From positions 13,022,001 to 13,086,000 of the forward strand of contig CM059433.1 in NCBI GenBank assembly GCA_030390025.1: a stretch of 64,000 nucleotides of DNA. Direction: 5' to 3'. The notes under the pieces were generated by a model. That model did no database searches, was not told the DNA's origin, and was given only the letters and a program-made list of their open reading frames with translations. The stretch is from Squalus acanthias (taxonomy: Eukaryota). Position numbers and translations under genes: made by a program. Shown in pieces: positions 1 to 12,243 of this stretch (position 1 is its first letter; each line of letters opens with the position of its first letter).

Positions 1-1025
1 ACCGGAGAGAGGGAGGAAGGTGTACAGGAGAGAGGTGTACAGGAGGGAGGGAGGAAGGTGTACAGGAGAGAGGTGTACAGGAGGGAGGGAGGAAGGTGTA
101 CAGGAGAGAGGTGTACAGGAGAGAGGGAGGAAGGTGTACAGGAGAGAGGTGTACAGGAGGGAGGGAGGAAGGTGTACAGGAGAGAGGTGTACAGGAGGGA
201 GGTGCACAGGAGAGGTGCACACAAGGGAGGTGCACAGGAGGAAGGTGCACAGGAGGGAGGTGTACAGGGGAGAGGTGCACAGGAGGGAGGGAGGAAGGTG
301 TACAGGAGGAAGGTGCACAGGAGAGAGGGAGGAAGGTGTACAGGAGAGAGGGAGGAAGGTGTACAGGAGAGAGGTGTACAGGAGGGAGGGAGGAAGATGT
401 ACAGGAGAGAGGTGTACAGGAGGAAGTTGTACAGGAGGGAGGTGTACAGGAGGGAGGTGTACAGGAGAGAGGTGTACAGGAGGGAGGTGCACAGGAGAGA
501 GGTGCACAGGAGGGAGGTGCACAAGAGGAAGGTGTACAGGAGGAAGGTGTACAGGAGGGAGGTGTACAGGAGGAAGGTGTACAGGAGGGAGGTGTACAGG
601 AGGAAGGTGCACAGGAGGAAGGTGTACAGGAGGGAGGTGTACAGGAGGAAGGTGCACAGGAGGGAGGTGCACAGGAGGAAGGTGTACAGGAGGGAGGTGT
701 ACAGGAGGGAGGTGTACAGGAGGGAGGTGCAGAGGAGGGAGGTGCAGAGGAGGGAGGTGTACAGGAGAGAGGTGTACAGGAGAGAGGTGTACAGGAGGGA
801 GGTGTACAGGAGGGAGGTGTACAGGAGAGAGGTGTACAGGAGGAAGGTGTACAGGAGAGAGGTGTACAGGAGGGAGATGGACAGGAGGGAGGTGCAGAGG
901 AGGGAGGTGCAGAGGAGGGAGGTGCACAGGAGGGAGGGAGGAAGGTGCACAGGAGGAAGGTGTACAGGAGAGAGGGAGGAAGGTGTACAGGAGGGAGGTG
1001 CACAGGAGGGAGGTGCAGAGGAGAG
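1..1025. repeat. G-rich minisatellite, core unit ~15 bp (AGGAGGGAGGTGTAC) with longer variants; runs off the left edge
   Basis: Direct tandem repetition of AGGAG(G/A)GAGGTG(T/C)AC. It explains the three overlapping low-complexity ORFs at 20-1121. Confidence 0.97.
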
Positions 1026-2590
1026 GAGCCGAGTCTAGGAGGTATTACCCATGAAACAGTGTTTACAGACAGAGGCTCAGGTTCCTTGACCTCTCAGAAG
1101 AGCAATGCTACCGCAGGCTGAGATTGTCACATCAGGTGGTGGTTGCAGGCATCTGTATCCTCCTAGAAGAAGACCTGCTACCCACTGGACCTGGTGGTCA
1201 CGCATTACCAATGGTTATGAAAGTGAACTCCGCCCTCAATTCTTTTGCCTCTGGTTCCTTCCAGGGTGCTACCAGAGACATATCGCAAGTCTCGCAGACC
1301 GCTGCACATAAATGCATAAAGCAGATGATGGCTGAATTGTTTGTCAGGGCTGGGAGTTATGTAAACTTTCTCTGCGATAATAATAGCCAGAATGAGCGGG
1401 CACTTGTTTTCACCCCTCTGGCTGGATTCTCACAGGTACAGGGTGCCATCGACTGCACACACGTAGCAATCTGAGCACCACCACAGCAACCAGGAGTTTT
1501 TATAAACCACAAGGGATATTCTTCCATCAATGCACAGCTGGTGTGCAACCACAAGAAGAGGCTCATGCAGGTGTGCGCCAGATTCCCTGGCAGCTGTCAG
1601 GATGCATGCATCCAACATTCCAGGCCTTTTCGTTCCAGGGAACAGACTTAAGAGCTGGTTTGTAGGAGACAAGGGATACCGCCTTCAAACTTGGCTCACG
1701 ACACCTGTGTCATCCGCTGCTGAAACCCTCATCCATGCCTTTGTTACCTCTAGACTTGACTATTCCAACACACTCCTGGCTGGCCTCCCACATTCCACCC
1801 TACGTAAGCTTGAGGTCATCCAAAACTCGGCTGCCTGCGTCCTAACTTGCACCAAGTCCCGTTCGTCCATCACCCCTGTGCTCGCTGACCTACATTGGCT
1901 CCCGGTTAAGCAACGCCTCAATTTCAAAATTCTCATCCTTGTTTTCAAATCCCTCCATGGCCTTGCCCCTCCCTATCTCTGTAATCTCCTCCAGCCCCAC
2001 AACCCCCCCGAGATATCTGCGCTCCTCTAATTCTGCCCTCTTGAGCATCCCTGATTTTAATCGCTCAACCTTTGGTGGCCGTGCCTTCTGTTGCTTAGGC
2101 CCTAAGCTCTGGAATTCCCTGTCTAAACCTCTCCGCCTCGCTACCTCTCTTTCCTCCTTTAAGACGCTCCTTAAAACCTACCTCTTTGACCAAGCTTTTG
2201 GTCACCTGCCCTAATTTATCCTTATGTGGCTCGGTGTCAAATTTTTTGTCTTAAAATACTCCTGTGCAGCGCCTTGGGACGTTTTACTACGTTAAAGATG
2301 CTATGTAAATAGAAGTTGTTGTTGTGAGGAACCCCAGCAATGAGGAGCAGGAGCGCTACAATGAGAACCACATGACCATTAGGTGGGTCATCGAGCAAGC
2401 CATCGGAATGTTGAAGATGCGCTTCAGGTGCCTCGATAGGTCTGGAGGCGCCCGTCAGTGCTCGCCCGCAAGGCTGTCCAGAATAATAGGGGTGCGCTGC
2501 GTCCTTGCACAAGATTGCACAGCAGAGAGGATTCCAGGTGGAGGAGGACGAAGGGGGCTCATCGTTCACCTGATGGATGCAGTGCATTGA
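1025..2590 (+). pseudogene. PIF/Harbinger DDE transposase (HARBI1-like) pseudogene, interrupted by an L2 insertion
   Basis: Translation gives VYRQRLRFLDLSEEQCYRRLRL...ALNSFASGSFQ...VQGAIDCTHVAI*APP...NHKGYSSINAQLVC...GDKGY...LTTPV, then after the L2 RNPSNEEQERYN...VIEQAIGMLKMRFRCLDRSGG. In-frame TGA at 1052 and 1472, and a frameshift near 1600. Confidence 0.92.
1710..2322 (+). mobile_element. L2-clade LINE, 5'-truncated 3' fragment
   Basis: HAFVTSRLDYSN...LADLHWLPVKQR...GGRAF..GPKLWNSL...FKTLLKTYLF motifs and a (GTT)n tail. Possible TGTG TSD at 1706-1709 and 2323-2326. Confidence 0.92.
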
Positions 2591-2813
2591 CTGTCGGTAA
2601 GATGCATCACATTGCATAAGGATTGCAGTAAGTGGCAATGGTGGATGGATAAATGAGGAGGTGATGAAGTGCATAGAAAGTGAAGGCTGGGTGGTGCTGA
2701 AAGTTGAGTGGGTGTGAGGAGTGATTACTTCTGCATTTACCTTCATTTTGTACAGGGTGAAAGGAGGGCGGGCTTAAAGCACAGGATGTAGTTGAATCAA
2801 CCAAAGTACTCAC

Positions 2814-2980
2814 TTTTCCTGGCCTGGTTAGATCATTAAACCGCTTCCTGCACTGCATCCAGGACCGGGGCACAATGCTCCTGTTGCTCATCTCCTCAGC
2901 TGCCTCCAACCACACCTTCTTGGTGACAGCAGCGATGTCCTGGGGCTGAGATGATTGGCTTCCAACAACCACAACCATCT
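2814..2980 (-). pseudogene. Harbinger Myb/SANT-like DNA-binding protein exon remnant, convergent with the transposase
   Basis: KKVWLEAAEEMSNRSIVPRSWMQCRKRFNDLTRPGK followed by a GTGAGTA donor (2813-2807). Confidence 0.8.
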
Positions 2981-2989
2981 TCCTTTATG

Positions 2990-3123
2990 TTAGGTATGAC
3001 TACAGCCAGTGGAGAGTTTCCGCCCCCCGATTCCCATTGACTTTAATTTTACTAGGGCTCCTTGATGCCACACTCGGTCAAATGCTGCCTTGATGTCAAG
3101 GGCAGTCACTCTCACCTCACCTT
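2990..3123 (-). mobile_element. Non-LTR RT fragment (CR1-Zenon-like, tentative)
   Basis: The minus strand encodes GEVRVTALDIKAAFDRVWHQGALVKLKSMGIGG. Confidence 0.75.
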
Positions 3124-3597
3124 ATTTGATTAAGGTACACAGCAACGGTTACTCGGAATGACTTATGATTTACCGGATGTGCTTTTAGGAGGTAAAATGC
3201 AATTTCCGAGACCATTCTCAAAATTGATTTCAGAATTTTAGGCATTATTTGTGTACATTTGAGAGCTGATTCCCTGAATCATGCTCCGTATGAGCAACGG
3301 TGCTCGGGGGGAGCACTGGTTGGGAGCTCATGGGCCTACATCCTCTGGTGTAGGCCTGTGAGTCAGTGGATGGAAAATCGAGGTCTGTGGGCCTATGGTT
3401 TCTGACCGTTGCTTCCAATGAAGATTGTCCATCACCCGGAGCACTTGATCAAGGAATCAGCCCTTTGACGTATATCAAGTATATGCATATTCTATTCCTT
3501 GGAATTGGTGTATCAATTTTTGATAATTTGACCTCTGGGATTAAATAATTGGATTACCAAAGTCAGTTTAGGAAAAGCATAAGAGAGGCTCAACATT

Positions 3598-3742
3598 TTG
3601 GGTCAAAATCCTGGAACCCCCTACCTGGGAACACCTTCACCACACGGACTGCAGTGGTTCAAGAAGGCGGCTCACCACCACCTTCTCAAGGGCACTAGGA
3701 ATGCTAGCCAGCGACACCCACATCCCAAGAACGATTTTTTTT
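3598..3742 (+). mobile_element. 3' tail fragment of the Zenon-like LINE family
   Basis: GGGTCAAAATCCTGGAAC...TTCAAGAAGGCGGCTCACCACCACCTTCTCAAGGGCA is shared with the copies at 18.6, 33.2, 40.5 and 47.4 kb. Confidence 0.75.
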
Positions 3743-3814
3743 CAAAGCTTCATGCATGTTAGAATTGTGCTAATTTCTCCCGATTTTCCTGTTGATAAAG
3801 TAAGTAGCTGACCA

Positions 3815-3975
3815 AGACTGACCAAGAGGTCCTAGGTTTGACTGCCCAGTAGAGCTGAGTTAACTGATCTCAGCTCGGGTACCAACAGAGGTCCTACAAT
3901 TGGCCTGACCACCCCTGAGCGAGGTTGGGGAAAAGTAGCCATGGTTCGTGCTCCTGGTTGTTCTCCAGTGCCTCC
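3815..3975 (+). mobile_element. Old SINE fragment (AmnSINE2-like, tentative)
   Basis: GCTGAGTTAACTGATCTCAGC...CTACAATTGGCCT...GCTCCTG resembles the copies at 36.9-37.6 kb and 41.9-42.6 kb. Confidence 0.5.
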
Positions 3976-4990
3976 ACCTGTTAAGAGAAAGCCAACGTTG
4001 GGAAATTTTTGATGAGACATTTCACCGTGAAGAAAAATGTGGTTTACGAAAGGGTTAAATGATCGCAGCAAATGTCATTTTTAAAGTGGGTGCTTCACCA
4101 GATGCACTGTAAGCAGAAGCATCCGTTGATGTAATCAAGCATTCAGCCAAGAATGTGTATAATTTCAAGCACAAGAAGAGTTGCCATAAGTTAGGCAAGT
4201 GTATTAGAAGTGGTTGTCCACCATACAGTCGGGAGTAGTGCCCAGTTATAAAGGCTAAAGGCCACAAGTCTGGGCAAAATGGACATTTCACAGTTGTGCT
4301 ATTCAAGCAAAAGATATGTCCCAATGCTTCACCTAAAGCATACTCAAAGAGTACAATGATGTCACTGATGGCTTTGGTTACATACCAGTTAAGTACAAAA
4401 TGAAGGTAAATGCAGAAGTAATCAGATTTAGTCTACTGGCCAAGCATGACCAGAGTCATTCGGGGGGTTATGCAATCATGCACAACGTGTCAGGAAAACC
4501 AGAACTCACAGACAAAAGAACCACTGATGTTGCAGGAGAAAAGAGCCCAGAGGAATAGGTTGTGAAAACCTGCAGATATTACTGGAAGGCAGACACACCA
4601 ACATATTGTTACATCAGAACCAAAAAGGAGCACTATTTATTGCAACTGAAAGTTTAGCTGAAAATTTAATTTAAATACCCAGGATTGAAGCACAGTTACT
4701 GAGGGCCCTGCACCAATGAAACTCAAACACGCGGAGAGAATCAGGAAAACAGAATTCTCACAAATGACAGCCATCACAGTGCAGCAACAGAGCATTAAAA
4801 TAAGAGTCCGGGAACAGTGACGCAAACACGCAAAATAATTATGGTACTAAGCCAGGTTCTAAGCAGACTAGACTGTGCAAGATGTTCCAAGTATAGGTGT
4901 ATGTTGAATCCCAAAATCTTGGACGATCATATTACAAAATTTCTTTATATGTTTAAATCTAAAGCTATGAATAGCAAACTTGCATATTTT

Positions 4991-5135
4991 CACAGCAGGA
5001 AGTAACACTCAGCAGGAAGTAACACTCACAGCAGGAAGTGACACTCAGCAGGAAGTAACACTCAGCAGGAAGTAACACTCACAGCAGGAAGTGGTACTTC
5101 CAGCAGGAAATAACACTCACAGCAGAAATGGCACT
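4991..5135. repeat. Tandem repeat, 17/19-bp unit CAGCAGGAAGTAACACT(CA), about 8 copies
   Basis: Direct repetition visible in the sequence. Confidence 0.92.
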
Positions 5136-5148
5136 TGCTGAATTTACC

Positions 5149-5598
5149 AAAAGAAAGACTTGCATTTATATAGCTTCTTTCATGGTCCCGGGATGTCCCA
5201 AAGTGCTTTACAGCCAACAAAGTACTTTTGAGGTGTAGTCACTGTTGTAATGTAGGAAACACAGCAGCCAAATTGCGCTCAGCAAGCTCCCACAAACAGC
5301 AATTTGATAATGACCAGATAATCTGTTTTAGTGATGTTGGTTGAGGGATAAATATTGGCCAGGACAGCGGGGAGAACGCCCTTGATCTTATTCGAAATAG
5401 TGCAATGGGACCTTTTACATCCACCGGAGAGGGCAGATGGGGCCTCGGTTTAATGTCTCATCTAAAAGCTGGCATGTCTAGCAGTCCCTCGGTACTGCGC
5501 TGGAGTGTCAGCCTAGATATTGTGCTCGTATCACTGGAGTGGAACTGTGAACCCATGACTTAACTCAGAGGCATAAGTGCTACCAACTGAGCCACGGC
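5149..5598 (-). mobile_element. tRNA-derived Deu-domain SINE (SacSINE1-like), near full length
   Basis: Reverse complement of the family seen at 22165: tRNA head, central GATGAGACGTTAAACCGAGG domain, tail TATATAAATGCAAGTCTTTC. A second tail fragment lies at about 5632-5750. Confidence 0.88.
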
Positions 5599-6587
5599 AG
5601 CAGATTTGGGCTTTTAAACCTTTCAGACTGGAAAAAGAAAGAAAGAAAGACTTGCATTTATATAGCGCCTTTCACGACCACTGGACGTCTCAAAGCGCTT
5701 TACAGCCAATGAAGTACTTTTGGAAGTTTAGTCACTGTTGTAATGTGGGAATGGAGGAGAAAAAGACAGAGGTAGGCGAGGAGTTCCACAGTTTCACGGT
5801 CGTAGTGCGAAATGGTTTCTGAATCTTGATTTCAACAGATCAAGGATCCAGCTGGTAGGGAGCAGCATTGGTGAGTGCATGAAAGCAGACAACCTGCCCT
5901 GTCCTATTGAACGTAGGAGGTGAATTACTGAGGGGAGCCAGAGAGAAAAAAAAATAGGGATAAAAACCAGGCTGGCTGAACTCATAAGAGGGTAATATAA
6001 ATGTGACAAAAAATGAAGCATTTTTCGACAGTTCAACATGCTCCTGGCTTCTTTAATTTAACCAGGGCGCATAAGGGGTTAGAAACCAGCTTCAGGCACA
6101 GAAATCATGTCCCAGCTTAATATGTTTTGACAACTAGCCAGTTGTCTCTAGGCAGCTTGCTTGAGGGAGCAACCAAGCCATATAATTCAACATAGATGAA
6201 TCTATGATTTGCTTAGATATGGTTCTCCGTGACAGCTCCTTTTGAATTTAACATGCAATAATTTAAATTCAACAAAGGTCCAGTAACTGATTTAAGCATA
6301 TTTATTAGCCTGCACCATTCAAATCAATGAGTTCCAGCTGAAGTCTTTGAATACAGTCCATCTGGAACTTCTAAACATTATTAGTTAAGTAAAGTGGGCA
6401 AGTTCTATAGTTGATGAGAAAAGGGGGAAAGAAGTTTCACTATGCAAGAAAATTGATTACAATTAGTTTAGTACAGAGTTGTAAACAATTTATTTGTTGT
6501 CACATGAGCTATTAGCAAAGTTGAACAACTCCTGTGAAAATTTATATTAAGTCTCTGCTAAATTTGTTTGCTCCTTTACTATTCATT

Positions 6588-7359
6588 GGCCCGTATTTTC
6601 CGACCTCTATGGGTGCGTACGAACTGTGTACACACCCGTAGGGGCCTTACAGGTTCTGGGTTTAGGCATGTGAAGCGGATGCGCTGAAAACCGGCACTTC
6701 CGGTCTGTCAAGAATCCTCTTGACAAATCCTCCGACTGCCCTGGAGAAGGGTCTCTGCAGGGGGAGAGTTCCGCTTTCTGCAGAACCCCTGCCCGCTGAA
6801 ATCCTTTAAAAATCTTACACCTGGTAAAAGCAGGCGTAAGGCTTGCTTTTACCAGCATAAGAGTTGAAAAAAGTTTTTAAAAAAATTTTTCCACTCATTT
6901 ATAATTTAAAAAAACTTTATTTTTTTAAAAAGTAAGTTTATTTTTAGCCCCATAAAAAACTTTAATTATTTTTTTCAAAAAATTAAATTCTTGTTTAAAA
7001 TATTTAATTTAATGTAATTTTAACTAATTTTAAAAACGTGATTTAAAAAAAATTATTTAATGTTTTAGTGTCATTTTTGAGTGATCCCCATTCATACTTT
7101 TGATGGGTCTAAGCTGAGAGACCTGTCAAAAGTATGAAGGGGGATTCCCTTCTCCCATTGGCTTGCCTGGCTCACGTGATCCCAGGGATGCTTGCGAACT
7201 GCCTGCGCCCCTGGGATACCTGGGCCTCTGCACACGCGCACCAGGAGAGGCCCAGGAGCGGAATTGTCCGGACCTCCGGAGCCCTCAGGTAAGGGCGTAG
7301 ATTTTTTCCAGATCGGAAGCATCCTCACGCAGGAAGCCTCCGATCGGAAGATACGGGCC
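6588..7359. mobile_element. MITE family A (non-autonomous DNA transposon, Harbinger/ISL2EU-like termini)
   Basis: TIRs GGCCCGTATTTTCCGA and TCGGAAGATACGGGCC with an AT-rich centre. An inverted homologous copy lies at 49367-50126. Confidence 0.88.
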
Positions 7360-8024
7360 ATAAAATTTGTTTGGAAGTTCAAACCTAAGCAAAGTCTGGT
7401 GCAGTGTCCCTCTGCTGATTCTGGAAGACTAGCAGGATTCTGTGGAGGCATGGGCTAGAACCTGTCGTGAAAACAATCTCAGGAAAGGTTTGCAGTTTCT
7501 TATTCTGAACGCGCTATCAAACTTACCTAGATATCAGGGAAAGTCTAAACACTCTTAAGGACATAGGGAACAGGGACTCACCAATGAGGGCAGTCTGAAC
7601 ACAGAAGCCAATAATGTCTAAGGTAAAAAGAACAAAAAAAAGCAACAATATCATTAAAAACTTTCGGGAAGGATTTTTCCCAGCGCACTATGTGTAATAA
7701 ATTTATTCTTTCTAGATGGGTTTACAATTTTGTTACACCTACCACATCGAGGAAATCTTTTCCCATTGATAGAAAACACCGAACAGAAGCATTACTCAAA
7801 TTCCATCTTTTCATGGTTACTGGGCACTTTATTTATTTCTTCCGTGTATCAGTAGAATTTTAAGTTGTAAAAATAACAAGTTCAAAATTAAAGTAATTTC
7901 TCAAGTAGTGCTAAACTTGTAAAATAATGCATACATTTTCTATTTATATTTAAGGGTCAAGCCCCAAATCTAAGATTTCAACAAACCGCAGTTTTTTGCC
8001 ATTGAATGAAATGTGAAAAGTAAA

Positions 8025-8869
8025 GGGCTAGATTTTACCAGCCCTGAGGAGGTGGGTCTGGAGGCGGGACTGCTGGGAAAATCCCAGAAAATGGGATGGG
8101 TCCCAAACCCGCTCCCAACCCGCCTCCAACCAATCTTCCCGGGAGTCGGGTCCCCGATTTGCGCAGGGCCCCGACTCCTAGAGGCGGGAAGAGGATTACA
8201 GCCACTTAACTGCCTGTTAACAGGCAGTTAAGAGGCTTTTTCCAATTTTTCGACTGCTGCTGCGGGCTTCCCGACGTCGGGAAACCCCGCCAGGGTAAGT
8301 GAGGCGTGATGTGGGCCTACTGTAATTTTTGTTTATATATGACAGCTGCAGAAGTGGTTTAAAGGATTCAATGGGGCACTGGTGAGTATCAGAGGTGAGG
8401 AAATGTTGTGAAAGTAATTTTGAATGTGTTTAGATGTTTCTGCAGGTGACAAGCAGTGAAGTGTTTGTGTAGCCTCATCTCATCGGGAGAAGTGACAGAT
8501 GGCTTCTGCAATCTCAGCTGCAGCTGCCATCTGTTTTATCCTAAGGAGAGAGTAATTGGAGAGCCTGGGTACAAGGGCTCACCTTTGGACAGTGATTGTC
8601 AGTGTTTGACAGCACCTCAATGCTGTCAAATCATCTGTCAAACAAGTGTGGTGCATATGCCTTTAAGAAAACCGGCAGATGAAGCGTCATCAACTGACGT
8701 CATCTGACACTGGCTTTCCCTTAATTGGCCGGCAAGCCCGCAGAGCGGGCTTAACAAGACTAATCAGGGCAAAATAGCGTCTGTTCATCAGACGTCACTG
8801 GGGGCGGGACTAGAACCCGGAAGGCAGCAGTCCCGCCCCCAACTCGTCTCGGTGAGTAAAATCCAGCCC
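8025..8869. mobile_element. MITE family B (Harbinger-like)
   Basis: TIRs GGGCTAGATTTTAC and GTAAAATCCAGCCC, each flanked by AAA. Homologous to 22983-23806. Confidence 0.85.
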
Positions 8870-9221
8870 AAAGAATTTGCACGACCAGTGGTTGAATCTC
8901 ACATTTGTTTTAAAAGTTCCAAAGTCACATGTTCTCCATTCATAGAACTGTACATGTCTATAATTTTCCAGCTATAAAACGAACAGTTGAACAAATAATC
9001 CTGCAAAGCTTTGTGTCGTCTTAGACTAGTATTATAATTTTTTAAACTGCTAAAACCGATTGGTTATTTTCTTCACTAATCCAGTTAATTATAGCCTAGA
9101 AATCACTGTTTAGGATATTGGCACACAGGTAGTTAACACATTCATATGCCATTAACCCACAAACAGTAATCTCCACACACACATATACATTTCGTTTCAA
9201 GTAAACAGTTGAGGGCTTCCT

Positions 9222-10706
9222 GGTCTAGAAATCTGATTGTGCCCGAAAACATGCCCGCAGGGGGTGGGCGGTGTTCAGCCCGCGCCTGCTTATGTGGTCC
9301 CAGGGAACATGTAAAATTGGTGCAGACAATGCATTATAATTTGTCAGGTGTGCAGCCAGCTATTTGTTGGCTGCATGCCTGTTTAGGGAGGTAGGAAATC
9401 GGGCTTCACTGATGTCACTTAAAGGCAGCCAGCACCTCTTGAAGGGGAGACGCACTTTGGCTGCAGACAGGGAAACGTTAGGGAAACTGGAGAAATAGCT
9501 GTGAGGTCCAGAGAGGGTGCCCAGGTTCTCTGGTGCCACATTGGAGGCCCTGGTCCCCCAGTGGAGCAAAAAGCCCTCCAGGTAACACCAGTGGGAAGAG
9601 GTCAATACCAGGAACTTAGCTCCCAGCACATGGCTGCAATTCTGAAAAATGCTCAATGACCTCACCACAGTTGTCAAGGTAAGAATATTGCTCCCTTTCT
9701 CTCTGCTCACACCTCCAATACTTCCTGCCTCACGACACACAATGCTTCCCTTCCCCGCTTCCCTTCACTCTCCTACATTCTCCACACCACACTTCACTCC
9801 GCTTCCTTCTCCTCATACTCACAAGCTCACTATTATTACAACCTTAACTTGCCCACACCTCACATCTTACACACCGCATATGAACTATTGGACCATGGCA
9901 GACACACTCTTTAAACACTGCACAAATCTCTCATTAACACACTTCTTTCTTGCAGAAAAAGGGTTTTTCGCAACTTGCGATAGGATACTGCGACCAGAGG
10001 AGGCCGAGCCCACCTGCATGTCTTCTCCTCTTTGGAAAAAAGCATGCTGGCCATCATAGGCAGGGTGAGGAGTCATGGCCGTGGCGAGTGTCAGTGCTGG
10101 AGGAGATGTTGCTCAGGGGTTCTGAACACCTTTATCCTTTTTTTTTCCCTCTTCTATCTCACCCTCTAGACTCTGCATGACTAACTGCAGCTACTTTCAC
10201 CAGCTACTTCCTTCTCTGCTCTCCCTTCACATTAAAAGCTATCCGCTATCCCTCTCTTTCAGGGCTTGACAGGGTAGATGCAGGGAGGATGTTTCCCCTG
10301 GCTGGGGTGTCCAGAACCAGGGGTCACAGTCTCAGAATAAGGGGTCGACCATTTAGGACTGAGATGAGGAGAAATTTCTTCACTCAGAGGGTGGTGAATC
10401 TTTGGAATTCTCTACTCCAGAGGGCTGTGGAGGCTCAGTCGTTGAGTATATTCAAGACAGAGATCGATAGACTTTTGAATATTAAGGGAATCAAGGGATA
10501 TGGGGATAGTGCAGGAAAGTGGAGATGAGTTAGAAGATCAGCCATGATCTTATTGAATGGCGGAGCAGGCTCGAAGGGCCGAAATGGTCGACTCCTGCTC
10601 CTATTTCTTATGTTCTTTCATGTCAGGTGCCGAAAATGTGGACACCTCTCTGCCATTTCAGGAAGAGGAGGCCAGACTTCCTGAAGATGCAGCGTCACTC
10701 GATCTT
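9222..10706 (+). mobile_element. Second Harbinger derivative with decayed Myb/SANT exons, interrupted by CR1
   Basis: Remnant RERVPRFSGATLEALV...KMLNDLTTVVK with a GTAAGA donor at 9679 and a TTGCAG acceptor at 9955; further remnants follow the CR1 (EDAASLDL). Confidence 0.65.
10260..10618 (+). mobile_element. CR1 LINE 3' fragment
   Basis: MFPLAGVSRTRGHSLRIRGRPFRTEMRRNFFTQRVVNLWNSL and the tail CTCCTATTTCTTATGTTC. Confidence 0.92.
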
Positions 10707-10713
10707 TCCTACA

Positions 10714-11027
10714 AGAGGTGCCGTATTTTGGATGAGACATTAAACTGAAGCCCTGTCTGTTCTCTGAGCTGGATGTTAAAGATCCCACAGCACTGTTTTG
10801 CAGAAGAGCAACAGAGTTCTCCCCGGTGTCCTGGGGCCAATATTTATTCCTCAATCAACATCACTAAAACAGATTCTCTGGTCATTATCACATTGCTCTT
10901 TTCGGGAGCTTGCTGTGCGCAAATTGGCTGCCGCGTTTCCCACATTACAACAGTAACTACACTTCAAAAGCGCTTTGAGACGTCAGGTGGTCGTGAAAGG
11001 TGCTATATAAATGCAAGTCTTTCTTTC
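10714..11027 (+). mobile_element. Deu-domain SINE, 5'-truncated
   Basis: Matches the 22165 copy from GAGGTGCCG to AAATGCAAGTCTTTCTTTC. Confidence 0.87.
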
Positions 11028-11505
11028 ACATGTACGCACTGGCTTTAACTGCTTGGCCAGTGTGCATAGGCAAAGAAATGGCATTATGACACTGGAAACT
11101 ACAAGGGATTCATACTGCAATCACAACAGTGCATTTACTGGGACTTGGTGGACAGGAACACCTAGTGAAAAAAAACACACACACATCTTCCTGGCTGCCA
11201 GTCTGAACAAATCCAATAAGATTAGGTTTGGGGTTGCCATTAGCTGCGCAAGAATCATGCATTGGGAGCCAGGAGCATCAGAGTAGCTTACATGAAGAGT
11301 GTCACATGGTCTTGCCATTTCGTTGCTGAGCTATTCCTTTCTCTCTGCTTCGAAGCCTGGGAAAGACCACGCCAAAACTAGGTCATATAATATTGATTAT
11401 ACATGGCACAAATGCAGCTTAGTGTCATCTGTATCACAGAGTATAAAAGCAGCTCTGATGTCTCTTCTAAGATGGTCGCAATTTTTTTCCAGACCTTTTT
11501 GCCCT

Positions 11506-12016
11506 CAACAACAACAACTTGTATTTATATAGCGCCTTTAACGTAGTAAAACATCCCAAGGTGCTGCACAGGAGTATTTTAAGACAAAAAATTTGACACC
11601 GAGCCACATAAGGATAAATTAGAGCAGGTGACCAAAAGCTTGGTCGAAGAGGTAGGTTTTAAGGAGTGTCTTAAAGGAGGAAAGAGAGGTAGCGAGGCGG
11701 AGAGGTTTAGGCCGGGAATTCCAGAGCTTAGGGCCTAGGCAACAGAAGGCACGGCCACCAAAGCTTGAGCGATTATAATCAGGGATAGTCAAGAAGGCAG
11801 AATTCGAGGAGCGCAGATATCTCGGAGGGTTGTGGGGCTGAAGGAGATTACAGAGATAGGGAGGGGCGAGGCCATGGAGGGATTTGAAAACAAGGATGAA
11901 AATTTTGAAATCGAGGCACTGCTTAACCGGGAGCCAATGTAGGTCAGCGAGCACAGGGGAGATGGGCGAACGGGACTTGGTGCGAGTTAGGACACGGGCA
12001 GCCGAGTTTTGAATGA
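11506..12016 (-). mobile_element. L2-clade LINE 3' fragment
   Basis: ORF 11619-11954 (LADLHWLPVKQ...FKTLLKTYLFDQAF) and a (CAA)n tail. Confidence 0.92.
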
Positions 12017-12243
12017 GTCCTGGATGCCTGATTTCAAGGTCCCAATTGTAAAGCCTTAACTTGCCAGATGTGTGGAAATCTAATTCAATATGTTATTTCT
12101 GACTGTCCAGTGAAATATAACTAAAAAAAGGTCCTACCAGCTGAGTTAATAGTTTCAAGCGAACTAGGTTCCCTATTGCCAATTCAACATATGTCAAGGG
12201 ATACCAGTATACTAATACAGCAATTCCATATTATCCAAATGAC

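Noticed and set aside
20..1121. Three overlapping 326-344 aa ORFs
   Set aside because: They are translations of a stop-free minisatellite with no domain content.
1025..2590. Domesticated HARBI1 host gene
   Set aside because: It has in-frame stops, a frameshift, an L2 insertion and an adjacent Myb remnant, so it is a dead transposon.
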